From IMG/VR virus record IMGVR_UViG_3300020045_007290, positions 1 to 42,159 of that record: a stretch of 42,159 nt of DNA. One strand, 5' to 3'. Numbering within the stretch: the first letter of the stretch is position 1; each line of letters opens with the position of its first letter. Source of the DNA: a virus (lineage: Duplodnaviria > Caudoviricetes). Below the pieces are notes generated by a model. That model was not told where the DNA came from. It ran no database searches and worked only from the letters and a program-made list of their open reading frames with translations. The translations under genes were made by a program, and so were the position numbers. Shown here piece after piece: positions 27,115-37,037 of the stretch.

Positions 27115-29712
27115 TTAATCTAAGAACGTTTTCTTTTTAGTGATGTAAGTGATTCCTCTTTCAATTCTTGTTTCTATCAAGTGACCTAATCCATCGAAGC
27201 TGTATGATGTTTCAGGCTTATCTTTTACTGTTTGCGTTAAGTTGCGAATCTCGCTGATCAATGTTCCTGTTAATGAATCGCCTACTTGTTTTGATCTGCT
27301 GACATCTGATAAAGCTAAAGAAGAATCGAAATTCGGCTTCATAATACTGTCAAACATTAACGCATTGCGAACTAGATCATCATTCGAAATTCCTTTCAAT
27401 TGATCATTCTGTTCTTTGCTTAACACTCTTTCATTCGGGTGTAATACCCACAACTTACCGCCTTTCGAATCAACCGAACCCGCTCCGCCTGTATCTTCAG
27501 TACCTTCAAAAGCACTTCCCGCAATCGCTTTGCTCAAAAGTTTAGCAGTCATTATATCTCCACTCGCGCGTAACAACGCTTGACCTGATTTCATGTCTTG
27601 ACTGATATAAGTTTCATACGCTTTCAAGAATGCTAATGCTAATTCGACAGCTTCCTGTTGTTTAGCAACTTTCTTTTGTCGTTCTAATTCTTGCACTCTT
27701 TCTTTTTCAAGTCTGTTTTGTTTATCCATCTCATAAGCAAGCGTACTATCATTTCCAGCCGTTGCAAGTGCTAATTGCTGATCGATAGCAGATTTATTTT
27801 GTTCTAACTGATGATCATTATAAGCCATATTCTCAGCAGCTTTGCGATCTTCAGCCTCTCTCCAAATGTTCAGTAAATCTTCAGCATGTGTGATCGCGTT
27901 TTCTCTGTCTTTTTTATCTTGCTCCTTTTGCAATTCAGCTTTCTTCTTTTTATTCTCAATATCAGCAGCAACAGACTTCGAAAAGCCTACATCCTCAGCC
28001 TCCATCTTCGCCATTCCTTCTTGCTTGATCGCATTGTCACGAATTTTCTGCATTTCTTTTTCGTGATCGCGCCACAAATCTTCTAATGCGTTTCCTCTCT
28101 TAATCGCAAGCTGAACAAGGATTTCTGTGTGCCCTGCATATTTTTTTGTTTCATCATCGAAATTATCTTGAATTTCTTTCTTCTTTCTATCGTAAGAAAT
28201 GCGGATGTTTTCAGTTTCTAAATCACGCAACTTCTTTCCGAAGTCTTCAACTGATTTTTCTTTCGCTCCAGCAGTTGCATCATCTTCGATCACTTGCTTT
28301 TCAGCCATTCTGTTTAATTCATCAAGAAGATTCTGTTGATTCTTCAGCTGAGCAGCCATCACCTTTTTAGAATTCGCGTTCGTTGCAGCAAGTCCGTCTT
28401 TAGCAATCTTCTGAATGTTTCTTTCAGTCATTGCAACAGCTTCAAGCCTTTGCGCTTCACTTTTCTTCGCGTTTTCTAAAGTCTTGATATTAACTTCATC
28501 CATCGCTTTGATAACTTTTTCAGTTGTCTGACGGACTTTCACGACATTCGCATCACCGAATACTGTTTCGAAATTATCAAGTATCTTAACGCCTTCATTC
28601 ACTAAATATTCACCAACAATTTCTTTGAAATCATCGAATGCGTTCGCTAAACGCTTAGTTTTTCCTATCGTTGTTTCAAGTGCTTCAGCATTCGCGCCTT
28701 GAAATTTCGTTAATTTTTCAGTCAATAAAGCAAGATTTTCTGTCTTACTTCCTGTATCTTTAAACGTGATGCCTGCTAATTTTAATCCTTTCGTCTGACC
28801 GTTAATCGCGCTGATTGATTTTTCAGTCGCTTCAGCAAGTGACCATTTCATTTTTGCAGCTAAGTCAGCGATTTGTGGCGTAAGTTTTTCAACCTGATCG
28901 CCTGTCAATCCGAATACTGCAAGTTGTTGTTGGGCGATCTGAACATCATCATCAGAAAAAATTCCTTTATCTTGTAACTCAGCTGACTGTTTCATCAAGT
29001 GAGAAAACGCAAGCGAATTGCCTTCTAAAGCAGATTTCAAACGATGTGCGTTTTCTTCAGCTTCTAAAAATGCTCCAACACTTTCTTTTCCGAAATCAAC
29101 GACCTGATGAACACCGAATGCAATACCCATCGCAGCGCCAATCTGCATTAATCCTGTTTTAGCATCTTGTAAAGCAGATGTATAATTTCCAACATTACGC
29201 TGATGCTGTCCTACTGTTGCATCAACATGTTTTAATTTTGCATCAAGATCAGTTAAATTTTTCAGCAATGCTTTCCCTGCAACGGAATCTTCTTTTTTTG
29301 CAAGAACTAAATCTTTGTAGGCTTTTCTGAGATCGTTCAAACGAATGCTTTCTTTCTGATAAAGAGAGATCATCCCTAGTTCGTCCTTCGCTGCATTCTT
29401 TACGATCTGATTATAATTCGCCTCTTCTTGTTTTAGTTTGGCGGTTTCGATTGATAATCTTTTCTTTTGTGTTTCTGCTTTTACTAAAACATCATTGAAT
29501 TCATTTACTTTTTTAATGGAATTATTTATCTGTTCAACATCAGCAACATTTTTTGGAGAGCCACCCGAAATAGAACCCTTCAGCGAAGTGATTGCCTTCT
29601 TCATTGTTTCAGCAGTCTTCGAAAAAACAGTTTCCAGTTCTCTACCTTCAGCGATTAGCTTTTCAAGCGCGCCAGGTTGAACGAAATCTTCGTACTTTAT
29701 TACATCACTCAT
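27115..29712 (-). CDS. Tape measure protein
   Basis: 865 aa, helical; QRNVGNY motif; C-terminal FEGT...LHPNERVL. Confidence 0.85.
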   Translation of the reverse strand: MSDVIKYEDFVQPGALEKLIAEGRELETVFSKTAETMKKAITSLKGSISGGSPKNVADVEQINNSIKKVNEFNDVLVKAETQKKRLSIETAKLKQEEANYNQIVKNAAKDELGMISLYQKESIRLNDLRKAYKDLVLAKKEDSVAGKALLKNLTDLDAKLKHVDATVGQHQRNVGNYTSALQDAKTGLMQIGAAMGIAFGVHQVVDFGKESVGAFLEAEENAHRLKSALEGNSLAFSHLMKQSAELQDKGIFSDDDVQIAQQQLAVFGLTGDQVEKLTPQIADLAAKMKWSLAEATEKSISAINGQTKGLKLAGITFKDTGSKTENLALLTEKLTKFQGANAEALETTIGKTKRLANAFDDFKEIVGEYLVNEGVKILDNFETVFGDANVVKVRQTTEKVIKAMDEVNIKTLENAKKSEAQRLEAVAMTERNIQKIAKDGLAATNANSKKVMAAQLKNQQNLLDELNRMAEKQVIEDDATAGAKEKSVEDFGKKLRDLETENIRISYDRKKKEIQDNFDDETKKYAGHTEILVQLAIKRGNALEDLWRDHEKEMQKIRDNAIKQEGMAKMEAEDVGFSKSVAADIENKKKKAELQKEQDKKDRENAITHAEDLLNIWREAEDRKAAENMAYNDHQLEQNKSAIDQQLALATAGNDSTLAYEMDKQNRLEKERVQELERQKKVAKQQEAVELALAFLKAYETYISQDMKSGQALLRASGDIMTAKLLSKAIAGSAFEGTEDTGGAGSVDSKGGKLWVLHPNERVLSKEQNDQLKGISNDDLVRNALMFDSIMKPNFDSSLALSDVSRSKQVGDSLTGTLISEIRNLTQTVKDKPETSYSFDGLGHLIETRIERGITYITKKKTFLD

Positions 29713-29878
29713 TTGTTCCAGTTCTAATACTGTTTATATTGCTGCCCTCTTTCGTTTCGATCTTCTTGATCTCAATGTTCAACATTTTAACGCGTTCTTT
29801 GTCAGGATTAGGCTGCTTTCCTAAGTCAGCTAATTGTTTTTTGAACGTCCTCAAATTTTTTGCATCATTGTTTTCCAT
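29705..29878 (-). CDS. Hypothetical protein (57 aa, not in the ORF track)
   Basis: MENNDAKNLR...GTNE overlaps both neighbours. Confidence 0.5.
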   Translation of the reverse strand: MENNDAKNLRTFKKQLADLGKQPNPDKERVKMLNIEIKKIETKEGSNINSIRTGTNE

Positions 29879-30320
29879 CGTTGATCATCTTTAAGTCAGT
29901 GTAAAATTCCACAACAGTCATTTTTCTTATGTCGATCTGAAACCCTTTCGCTTTTTCAACGAACGATTTTATCTCATAAAAGTTTTCGCCTCCTGATTGT
30001 TCTTTTATCGTTCGTGCTAATTCGATTTCTCTGATCTCAATAATTGTATCGATAGTATCATTGTTTGTTTCTGCTTTTTCGATGATTAACAGCGCGATTT
30101 CACGCTTTTTTTCTAAGATAGACAGAAAACCATCATTAAACCCGAATAAATCGATATAAGCATCGTATAAAACGCGCCATTTATCGCTCAAAATCAACGA
30201 TTCTTTGTCAGAAATCTTCCTTTTTTTAACCAATAACCAAGCATAATCGCCCGTCTGATGCACCTTAAACCAGTTATAAATAGGCATTTCTTCTATATCT
30301 TCGTAGCAATTTAGCTTCAT
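29865..30320 (-). CDS. Putative tail assembly chaperone
   Basis: Position before the TMP; helical, with a ..MTVVEFY C-terminus. Confidence 0.5.
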   Translation of the reverse strand: MKLNCYEDIEEMPIYNWFKVHQTGDYAWLLVKKRKISDKESLILSDKWRVLYDAYIDLFGFNDGFLSILEKKREIALLIIEKAETNNDTIDTIIEIREIELARTIKEQSGGENFYEIKSFVEKAKGFQIDIRKMTVVEFYTDLKMINDGKQ

Positions 30321-30763
30321 TTTCTGGCTTTTTTCAGTATTTTTTCGATCAAATTTTCATTAACTTCGGGCAATAACTCTGTTTTGCTGTCTTGTGTAAG
30401 CCCTAGTGCATCAGGGAAACGCTGTTTTATTGAATCAGGAAAATCTCCTTTAATCGCTAACCCTGAATTGTCTGTTTCTACTTTCATGCTGTCATACGAA
30501 CCGCCCGAATCTTTCAATGTGATGTGATCATACCTCTGACCTTTCGCAATCTTTCCTTCAAATTTTGTTGTTCCGTAAATAGTTGCTAAAGAGTATTCGC
30601 CTAATGATCTCCCATCTGAATCGACACCCTTATCATACATTTGTGCTTGATTGAAATCAATAATTTGCGACTGAAGCGATCTCGTTGAAAAGATTTCTTC
30701 CATCATCTGACCTTTGTTGATCGATGCAATATTCTTTCCCAATTTTACAAACACTGACAACAT
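30317..30763 (-). CDS. Tail completion/morphogenesis protein
   Basis: G.DSDG..LGEYS..T...KG...ITLKDSG motif. Confidence 0.6.
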   Translation of the reverse strand: MLSVFVKLGKNIASINKGQMMEEIFSTRSLQSQIIDFNQAQMYDKGVDSDGRSLGEYSLATIYGTTKFEGKIAKGQRYDHITLKDSGGSYDSMKVETDNSGLAIKGDFPDSIKQRFPDALGLTQDSKTELLPEVNENLIEKILKKARK

Positions 30764-30783
30764 GATCTTAGTATTTACAAAAA

Positions 30784-30806
30784 TAGCCGAGAAACGATCT
30801 CGGCTA
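30784..30806 (-). terminator. Hairpin terminator after the major tail gene
   Basis: TAGCCGAGA-aacga-TCTCGGCTA followed by a T-run on the minus strand. Confidence 0.75.
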
Positions 30807-30838
30807 CTTTCCCAATTAACAAAATTATTTTTTTCAGA

Positions 30839-31786
30839 TTAAGGAATCTCAATCGTGTTCGCTTCAACTTCAGTGAAATCAAAACCTGCTTTGAGAGGTT
30901 TCAAGACAATGATGTCACCACTCGTTTGAGCAGGGAACGTGAATGTATAAACTCCCGCAGGCGATTCAACAACATCACCCGTGATGTCAATGTTCGCGTT
31001 GTCAGTTTCATTGAAAAGTTTTGCTGTCACAGCATCATCAGAAGAAACGAAATCTGTATCAATTAAATTCTTAACTAATACTGGAGTGATCACCGATCCA
31101 CCATCTGTCACAAGTTTAGCTGTGAAAGTTGTTGTCGTGATTCCTGTGATTACACTTGTTACATCAATCAAGCCGCGTAACCCTGAAACGTTGTAAGACA
31201 TTTCAGAAGCTTTGATCATTCTTAAATTAGCATCATCCTCGTTGATGTTAATGTCAAATGACAATTTTATTTTCTGAATCGCGCCATCTTGTGACATTTG
31301 CAAGATTGCATCGATTGTATCGCTTTCTAATTCGATCGGAGCGAATGTTGTTGCAGTTGAACCAACTTTTCCGATGATGTTATTTTCTTTATCAACACCA
31401 AAGATACTAATTCCGATTCCACGCATTGAACGAATCTTGCGAATCATTTGTGGAGGCGCATCTGAAGCAATGATGAAAGCTGCTACACTACGAACACCTT
31501 GTTCGATAAACACTTTCGTTTGATCACCGAATGTTTCCATCAGCGAATCACCTCTTTCGTTCACAACGTTTTTCACTTCAGGAAGTGGATACCAACGCTT
31601 AGAAGCATCAAGATCGTTTACACGCGCTGCAAAATAAGCCGCGTTTAAAGTCACAGTTGTATCGATTTCGTTTACCGCGCCCGTACTGTCATACGTTTGA
31701 ACAGCGATAAACTTTTTAATTATTTTCATTACATCGACACAAGTTTGTCCTGTGTTCAACATGCCTATGTTACAATTTGCATCCAT
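30839..31786 (-). CDS. Major tail tube protein
   Basis: 315 aa with its own promoter and terminator; position; C-terminal beta-rich extension. Confidence 0.65.
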   Translation of the reverse strand: MDANCNIGMLNTGQTCVDVMKIIKKFIAVQTYDSTGAVNEIDTTVTLNAAYFAARVNDLDASKRWYPLPEVKNVVNERGDSLMETFGDQTKVFIEQGVRSVAAFIIASDAPPQMIRKIRSMRGIGISIFGVDKENNIIGKVGSTATTFAPIELESDTIDAILQMSQDGAIQKIKLSFDININEDDANLRMIKASEMSYNVSGLRGLIDVTSVITGITTTTFTAKLVTDGGSVITPVLVKNLIDTDFVSSDDAVTAKLFNETDNANIDITGDVVESPAGVYTFTFPAQTSGDIIVLKPLKAGFDFTEVEANTIEIP

Positions 31787-31816
31787 GATAGTTTGGTTTT
31801 TTAGTGATTAGTTGTA

Positions 31817-31824
31817 CAAATATA
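31817..31824 (-). promoter_or_regulatory. -7 box TATATTTG
   Basis: Consensus match, intergenic. Confidence 0.6.
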
Positions 31825-31845
31825 ATAATAAAATACTATTCAATA

Positions 31846-32079
31846 TTATTTTTTTTCAGGTCGTGTTGGGAACTCTTTGTCAAAAGCTTTCTGATCAGCT
31901 GCATTCATTCCATTTTCATTTACTTCCTCTTTTATTGAAAAAGGCGTGATAAGTTTTGCATCTTTCTTCTTGCTTTCAGGAATCATCAGATTCTTATTTG
32001 CAGAAAGTTTATCAAAGGTTTCTTGTGACATTACAGTCACGACACCCGTTACATTGTTTTTTACTTTAAAATATTTCAT
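31846..32079 (-). CDS. Hypothetical protein
   Basis: 77 aa in the structural operon. Confidence 0.6.
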   Translation of the reverse strand: MKYFKVKNNVTGVVTVMSQETFDKLSANKNLMIPESKKKDAKLITPFSIKEEVNENGMNAADQKAFDKEFPTRPEKK

Positions 32080-32080
32080 A

Positions 32081-33355
32081 TTAGTATGGGATTACGCTTG
32101 CGCTGATTAACATTGAACTTACATCTTCAGTAATATCGACACTCGGAGCGAGATTCGAAACAGCACCAGGATAAGTGGTGATTGTTTTTGCTCCCGTTGC
32201 AGAATAAACAGATTCAGAAGCACCGCCAATATAAATTACAGCGTCCTGTTTTATCAACAACCCTGCTCCAGCAACTAGAATAGCAGTTGCGCCATTCAAT
32301 TCAAATGCTCCGCTTAATACAGTCGTGCCGCTATTGTGTGTTATGGCATCAGCTTCAGCACCGAACATTCCTTTGTTGATCTTTATGATGCCGCCCGAAT
32401 TCACGATCTTTCCTGAAGCATAAATATGATCATTGAATTCAAGTGTTGTCGTGCCACTGATTGTTGCTATACCATCAGTATTAGTATTGAATACAGTTCC
32501 ATTTATTCTGATCGTTCCACTCCCTGTATTGTAAATAGATGGAAGCCCATAGATACCCGCATTGTTGAAATAACATTTTCCATTTAATTCTACTGTTCCT
32601 ATTGCAGCACTCACGCCCACATATCCAGCCCCTGCGGCATTATAAATAAATTCTTTAGCGTATGCAATTACTTTTCCATTATCACATTGCACAAGCCCGC
32701 CCGCTCCTATCATTCTGTTGCATGTGACAAATACTTGCCCGCTCGCTCCGTTAGTTCTGATAACCTGTTCAAGTCCCGACAATACTAAATCTGTTTCGAT
32801 CTCAGCAACTAGAATAGAATTCCCCGTTGTCCAAAGCGTTCTTGAACTTGCTCCACCGCCCTCAGCATACATCGCTTGAAAGAAGAATGTTCCTACACCA
32901 CTTGAAAAGAAGACAGCAGCAGCATTCGAATTGAATCTTCCGAAACCTGTAACAGAAAAAGAACCGTTCCCGAAATCATTAAAACAATTTCCGCTTGTCA
33001 CTGTATTTGCTCCATGTTCGTAGTGATAACGAACACCATCAACGCCTAAAGAAGCTGAAGAATAATTGTTTGGCGATGGTTTGAATAGAATACAATCGCC
33101 AGCAGTTACAACGCTTTGAGCGCCTGCACCTGTTTTGAAAGGGAACTGTGTGCTGTATGGAATACCTGTTCCATCATCTCCGAACACATCATCGACAATG
33201 ATCGTGCCGCCCGTTTGCTTTAAGCCTGCGAGTGCATACGCTTTCACTTGATCCCATGTGAACTTTTCTGAAACGCCCAATGCTGTTTCTTTTTCTCCTA
33301 AGTCAGTATCGCTGATTGATGCCGATACGCCTACTATTTCTGAAATTAATGTCAT
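32081..33355 (-). CDS. Gly-rich beta-helix fibre, possible neck appendage
   Basis: V...GDDGTG...PFKT...A...GD.I motif typical of beta-helix starts; lies among the neck genes. Confidence 0.6.
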   Translation of the reverse strand: MTLISEIVGVSASISDTDLGEKETALGVSEKFTWDQVKAYALAGLKQTGGTIIVDDVFGDDGTGIPYSTQFPFKTGAGAQSVVTAGDCILFKPSPNNYSSASLGVDGVRYHYEHGANTVTSGNCFNDFGNGSFSVTGFGRFNSNAAAVFFSSGVGTFFFQAMYAEGGGASSRTLWTTGNSILVAEIETDLVLSGLEQVIRTNGASGQVFVTCNRMIGAGGLVQCDNGKVIAYAKEFIYNAAGAGYVGVSAAIGTVELNGKCYFNNAGIYGLPSIYNTGSGTIRINGTVFNTNTDGIATISGTTTLEFNDHIYASGKIVNSGGIIKINKGMFGAEADAITHNSGTTVLSGAFELNGATAILVAGAGLLIKQDAVIYIGGASESVYSATGAKTITTYPGAVSNLAPSVDITEDVSSMLISASVIPY

Positions 33356-33372
33356 TGTGTTTATGTATTAAA

Positions 33373-34206
33373 TTATGCTGATACTGTTCTTGTTTCTAAT
33401 GTCGAAAGCGTTCTATCTCCTCCCTCTGATACTGTTCGCGCCAATGATGGCGGAGGAATTGGTGTTGGCTCAAATGGCGGACACTCGCAAGCATCCTTAA
33501 AATATAGTCTTAGCGTTGTGTATAAAGCAACGCCTGAAAGATTTGTTAAATATAAAGATTTTTCAGCACCCTTGCTTCTTGCAACGATTCCAAACTTCGG
33601 GAAGTTTTCTGTTTCGTATTCTTGAAAATCTGTATCGAAAATATCTGATCTTGTTACAAGTTCAATCAAGAATTGTTCGATCAATCTTCGCATGGGTTCA
33701 ACACAGTGATGATGAATATCATCGTTCACCATTGCTGCAAGCTTTTCATCATACGATTGAGTGAGCGCATAAAGTTCGACATCGATTTCGCGTTCAACCA
33801 TTTCTGAATCGAAATTCCTTTCTTTAAACGTTTCCCATAACCATAGCATAGGAGTTTTATCAGCAGCATCAACGACTTTTTCAATTTCTTGCTGAGTGCT
33901 GATCGGTGTTCCGTGATAGAATTTCACAGCATACAGATCGAAAGTGTCGTTCACATTGATCGTATTAACGCCCTCAAAGTTTGCTTTCAGCGTGACTGTT
34001 TCATTTTCTTGCGAAAAAGCAGTCACGACATAACTCAAATTATTGATCGTAACATTAAAGCCCGCTTGAATATAGAAGATGTCACATGCTGTGATTGTTT
34101 GAGTGCCATCAACATTAGCAACAACGTCTTCAACGATCACAGTTCGAACCATGCCCGTGATCACTTCATTTAAAATATCTATTATCGGACGTTTATACTT
34201 TGCCAT
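33373..34206 (-). CDS. Neck/tail terminator-like protein with a Pro-rich C-terminal extension
   Basis: Position; ends PPFEPTPIPPPSLARTVSEGGDRTLSTLETRTVSA. Confidence 0.5.
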   Translation of the reverse strand: MAKYKRPIIDILNEVITGMVRTVIVEDVVANVDGTQTITACDIFYIQAGFNVTINNLSYVVTAFSQENETVTLKANFEGVNTINVNDTFDLYAVKFYHGTPISTQQEIEKVVDAADKTPMLWLWETFKERNFDSEMVEREIDVELYALTQSYDEKLAAMVNDDIHHHCVEPMRRLIEQFLIELVTRSDIFDTDFQEYETENFPKFGIVARSKGAEKSLYLTNLSGVALYTTLRLYFKDACECPPFEPTPIPPPSLARTVSEGGDRTLSTLETRTVSA

Positions 34207-34209
34207 CGA

Positions 34210-34935
34210 TTACAAGGGTGAAAATTTTGTTCGTTCAATTATTCCTTTGAACTCAGGATAAATTTCAGGATACTTGTATTTGCAGAACCAGTGTATCGCA
34301 TACCAAGTATCAAGTCCTCCTGTATTCCATTTCACTTCAGCTTTTCTGATCGCGTTCGCAGGTGATTGAACACTTGAATTTTCTGCTGTCTGTGATGCAA
34401 TTCCGCTCTGTGAACTTATCATTTGCTCCTCTGAAATATACGCATAATAAATCACAATCAAAAGAAGATCAAGCAATCCTTTTGAAGTTGCGTATCTCAA
34501 TTGTGTTTCATCTTCCCACCACTCAGTTGCAACATCAGCTTCAAGATAGAACGGAAGAATAATATCTTCGTATCGTTTCACTAAAGTTGTCAAGACTGAA
34601 GCATTCGTGTAGTCAGTAGGCAGTGTTCCTGTTGCAACAAAGCGAGTACCCACAGCGTTCGAAGCTGCTCCAACGTTTGTGAAATCATCGCCAGCAACAT
34701 AAGTCGTGATCTCATAATAAGTATCAACAACTAAAGGCCCGATTGTTTGTGTAGGCTTTACAGATGCAATATAAGCGATCAGAAGGTCTGCCAGTTCTTT
34801 GCCCAGCAATTTGTATAGCGTGATCGTTTCGCCCGTTTCTACGCTATCAATGTACGACTGAATGACAATGTTATCAGCTGTCGATTGCGCGAGTTTGTAA
34901 CGTCCTATGAACTTTGCGATGTTTACTAAAATCAT
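34210..34935 (-). CDS. Head-tail adaptor with an inserted beta domain
   Basis: IQSYID..E...L..LLG..L and KGL..LL....YY.Y pattern; follows the capsid genes. Confidence 0.55.
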   Translation of the reverse strand: MILVNIAKFIGRYKLAQSTADNIVIQSYIDSVETGETITLYKLLGKELADLLIAYIASVKPTQTIGPLVVDTYYEITTYVAGDDFTNVGAASNAVGTRFVATGTLPTDYTNASVLTTLVKRYEDIILPFYLEADVATEWWEDETQLRYATSKGLLDLLLIVIYYAYISEEQMISSQSGIASQTAENSSVQSPANAIRKAEVKWNTGGLDTWYAIHWFCKYKYPEIYPEFKGIIERTKFSPL

Positions 34936-34954
34936 TTCGTGGAAGTGTTAAATT

Positions 34955-34990
34955 AAAAAACCCTACCCAATTAGATAGGTAGGGTTTTTT
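34955..34990. terminator. Intrinsic terminator
   Basis: AAAAAACCCTACC...GGTAGGGTTTTTT. Confidence 0.85.
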
Positions 34991-35011
34991 CGTGTATGAT
35001 TGAAAACGATT

Positions 35012-35440
35012 CTATTTTCGAAACAGTATTCGCGCTTGCAGTTTAGCTGACATAGTGCCCACGCCCGTGTACGATACTCTATACCAATAGTAAGGATTAC
35101 CTGTTGCGGCTGTCTTTGTCCAAATCGTATGTTGCGCTGTTGAAACGTTCGTGATGTTCAACGTATCGCCTGTAATATCGACAAAGTTTGTACCATCAAT
35201 ACTTCCTTGAAGCTTCGCGTTACTGTTCGATGTCAGTGTTCCACTGATCTTCGTAACAACGGGCTGGATGGAAATGTACGAATAAGTACCATCAAATTTG
35301 ATTTGAACATAACCTGTTCCAGTATTCGTTACTGTATCGATGTACACTCCCGTGTAAGAAGATGCCATCGGAAAGGTTGTTTGTGCTACTGATGTGATCG
35401 CGATAAGCGCCACTGCTAAAAAAGATATGATTTTTTTCAT
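35012..35440 (-). CDS. Signal-peptide-bearing beta-sandwich protein, co-transcribed with the capsid gene
   Basis: MKKIISFLAVALIAITSVA|Q; LQGSIDGTNF motif. Confidence 0.7.
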   Translation of the reverse strand: MKKIISFLAVALIAITSVAQTTFPMASSYTGVYIDTVTNTGTGYVQIKFDGTYSYISIQPVVTKISGTLTSNSNAKLQGSIDGTNFVDITGDTLNITNVSTAQHTIWTKTAATGNPYYWYRVSYTGVGTMSAKLQARILFRK

Positions 35441-35489
35441 TGTGTTTTTGATTTAGAAATTTAACGTTTAGTTTTTTGTCTTTATAAAT

Positions 35490-35513
35490 CCCACGCTAAT
35501 TGCTTAGCGTGGG
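35490..35513 (-). terminator. Hairpin after the major capsid gene
   Basis: CCCACGCTAA-ttgc-TTAGCGTGGG; weak U-tract. Confidence 0.65.
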
Positions 35514-35528
35514 TAATGTGTTCGATGC

Positions 35529-36899
35529 TTATGGTGCAACGATAGCCGCTTTGATAGTTGCAATATCATCGTATATGAAAGCCTGTTCATCAAGCTTCTT
35601 AACGAATCCATGCAATCTGCTTTCAGCTACAATCGTGAACTGATTCGTGATCAACTGATCATTGATCCAACCGATTTTCACAGTGTAAGGAACGTAATCA
35701 GTTGTGTTGTATTTGCTCAAATCTGCAACAAAGATTTTCCCAGCAGGAATATCTTCGAAAGGCACGATCAATGCTCCACCAATCACTACTCTGTTGAACA
35801 AAGAAGCTTGCGGATACAACGGGTGACCGAATCCATCTTTCGCAGCAACTAACTGAGTGAAGAAATCCATCGGATTGATCATCACTAAATTCGCCATGTA
35901 TGGAACTTCATCAGTGAAGTTGTGAGTTGTAAAGATGTCAGTGATCGCAGCATTTACAACATCCATGAAGTTCGCTTCAGGTACGCTCGCTGCCATTGCT
36001 CCAGCAACGAAAACACGTCCATATTCAGTTGCTCCTTTCAAGTTTGCACCTAAACCATCGCCAAACAAAATTCCGTTTTGACGTTTCAAATCGTGTTTAG
36101 ATTTCAAATACTGATAAGCGATTGACTGCAAGTTAGGGATGTCGGTGATTGATTCATCAGAAAGAATCATGTGTGCTGCAACTTTCTTAGGCTCAGCATA
36201 ACGAGTTTCAATTTTGAAATCGATCTGAGGCTTATCACCTTTCTCCAATACGAAATCAAAGTTCCCGTCTTTCGGCAATGATTCAGTATAAGGAAATGCA
36301 GCAAGGTTCGTTCCGAACTTAGTTACTAAGCCATCGATGATAGCTGTTCTTAAATTCACATTTGTTGGAGGCGCAACTTGTACACCAACCAATTCAGGAA
36401 TACCATCAGGGTTTGAAGCTGAAGCATCAACCATCGCTCCTACTGCTTTGAACTCCAAGAAGCCTGTTCCAGCATCTTTTAATTCTTTGATTTTTTTAGC
36501 ATTCTTTTCGATGAAGTCGTAAATCTGTGCGCGCACAGACTGACCTTTTTTATCAACACCTTTTTCAACTAATGCTTTCATATCAAGTTCAAGTTGCTTG
36601 ATAGCATCTGTTGTTTTCTTCAAATCATCAGCTGATTGAATAGACTTAGATTTTTCTTCTAAGTCAGTGATTTTCTTTTCCCATGATAATTTTTCAGCAG
36701 CATCTTTGAAAGATTTACTTTCAACTTCTTGCTTCATTCCATCAAGTTGAGATTTAGTTTGTGACTTAATTTCAAGCAAAAGTTTTTCTTGTTTTGCTTT
36801 TGCCTCAGTGTCCAAATCATCTTTGTAACATCTTTTGATACGTTCACGAACTGCGGTTCTGTTGAAGTATGCTGCGGCTGACATGTTTTTATTTTTCAT
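35529..36899 (-). CDS. Major capsid protein, HK97 fold with a coiled-coil delta domain
   Basis: E...KP, KKVAA, IL.GDG.G.NLKG, NP.D, ESR motifs. Confidence 0.92.
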   Translation of the reverse strand: MKNKNMSAAAYFNRTAVRERIKRCYKDDLDTEAKAKQEKLLLEIKSQTKSQLDGMKQEVESKSFKDAAEKLSWEKKITDLEEKSKSIQSADDLKKTTDAIKQLELDMKALVEKGVDKKGQSVRAQIYDFIEKNAKKIKELKDAGTGFLEFKAVGAMVDASASNPDGIPELVGVQVAPPTNVNLRTAIIDGLVTKFGTNLAAFPYTESLPKDGNFDFVLEKGDKPQIDFKIETRYAEPKKVAAHMILSDESITDIPNLQSIAYQYLKSKHDLKRQNGILFGDGLGANLKGATEYGRVFVAGAMAASVPEANFMDVVNAAITDIFTTHNFTDEVPYMANLVMINPMDFFTQLVAAKDGFGHPLYPQASLFNRVVIGGALIVPFEDIPAGKIFVADLSKYNTTDYVPYTVKIGWINDQLITNQFTIVAESRLHGFVKKLDEQAFIYDDIATIKAAIVAP

Positions 36900-37002
36900 G
36901 GGATATAGTTTTTAATTTTAAGATTAGTTTTTAGTTTTGCGGCTGCTGATTTTTTAGTGATTTAATTCATCGGCTAAAAACAATCTGAGTGCGTATCGGA
37001 TG

Positions 37003-37010
37003 CAAATATA
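37003..37010 (-). promoter_or_regulatory. -7 box TATATTTG for the capsid gene
   Basis: Consensus match, intergenic. Confidence 0.6.
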
Positions 37011-37037
37011 TAAATTACTTTTTTACAAAAAACAATT

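Noticed and set aside
29705-29900. Programmed -1 frameshift of the tail assembly chaperone
   Set aside because: The downstream 57-aa ORF is in the +1 frame with its own ATG, and there is no clean XXXYYYZ slippery site.
36900-37002. Short GCCG/CACT repeats in the capsid leader
   Set aside because: Too short and degenerate to support a structure or binding site without homolog alignment.
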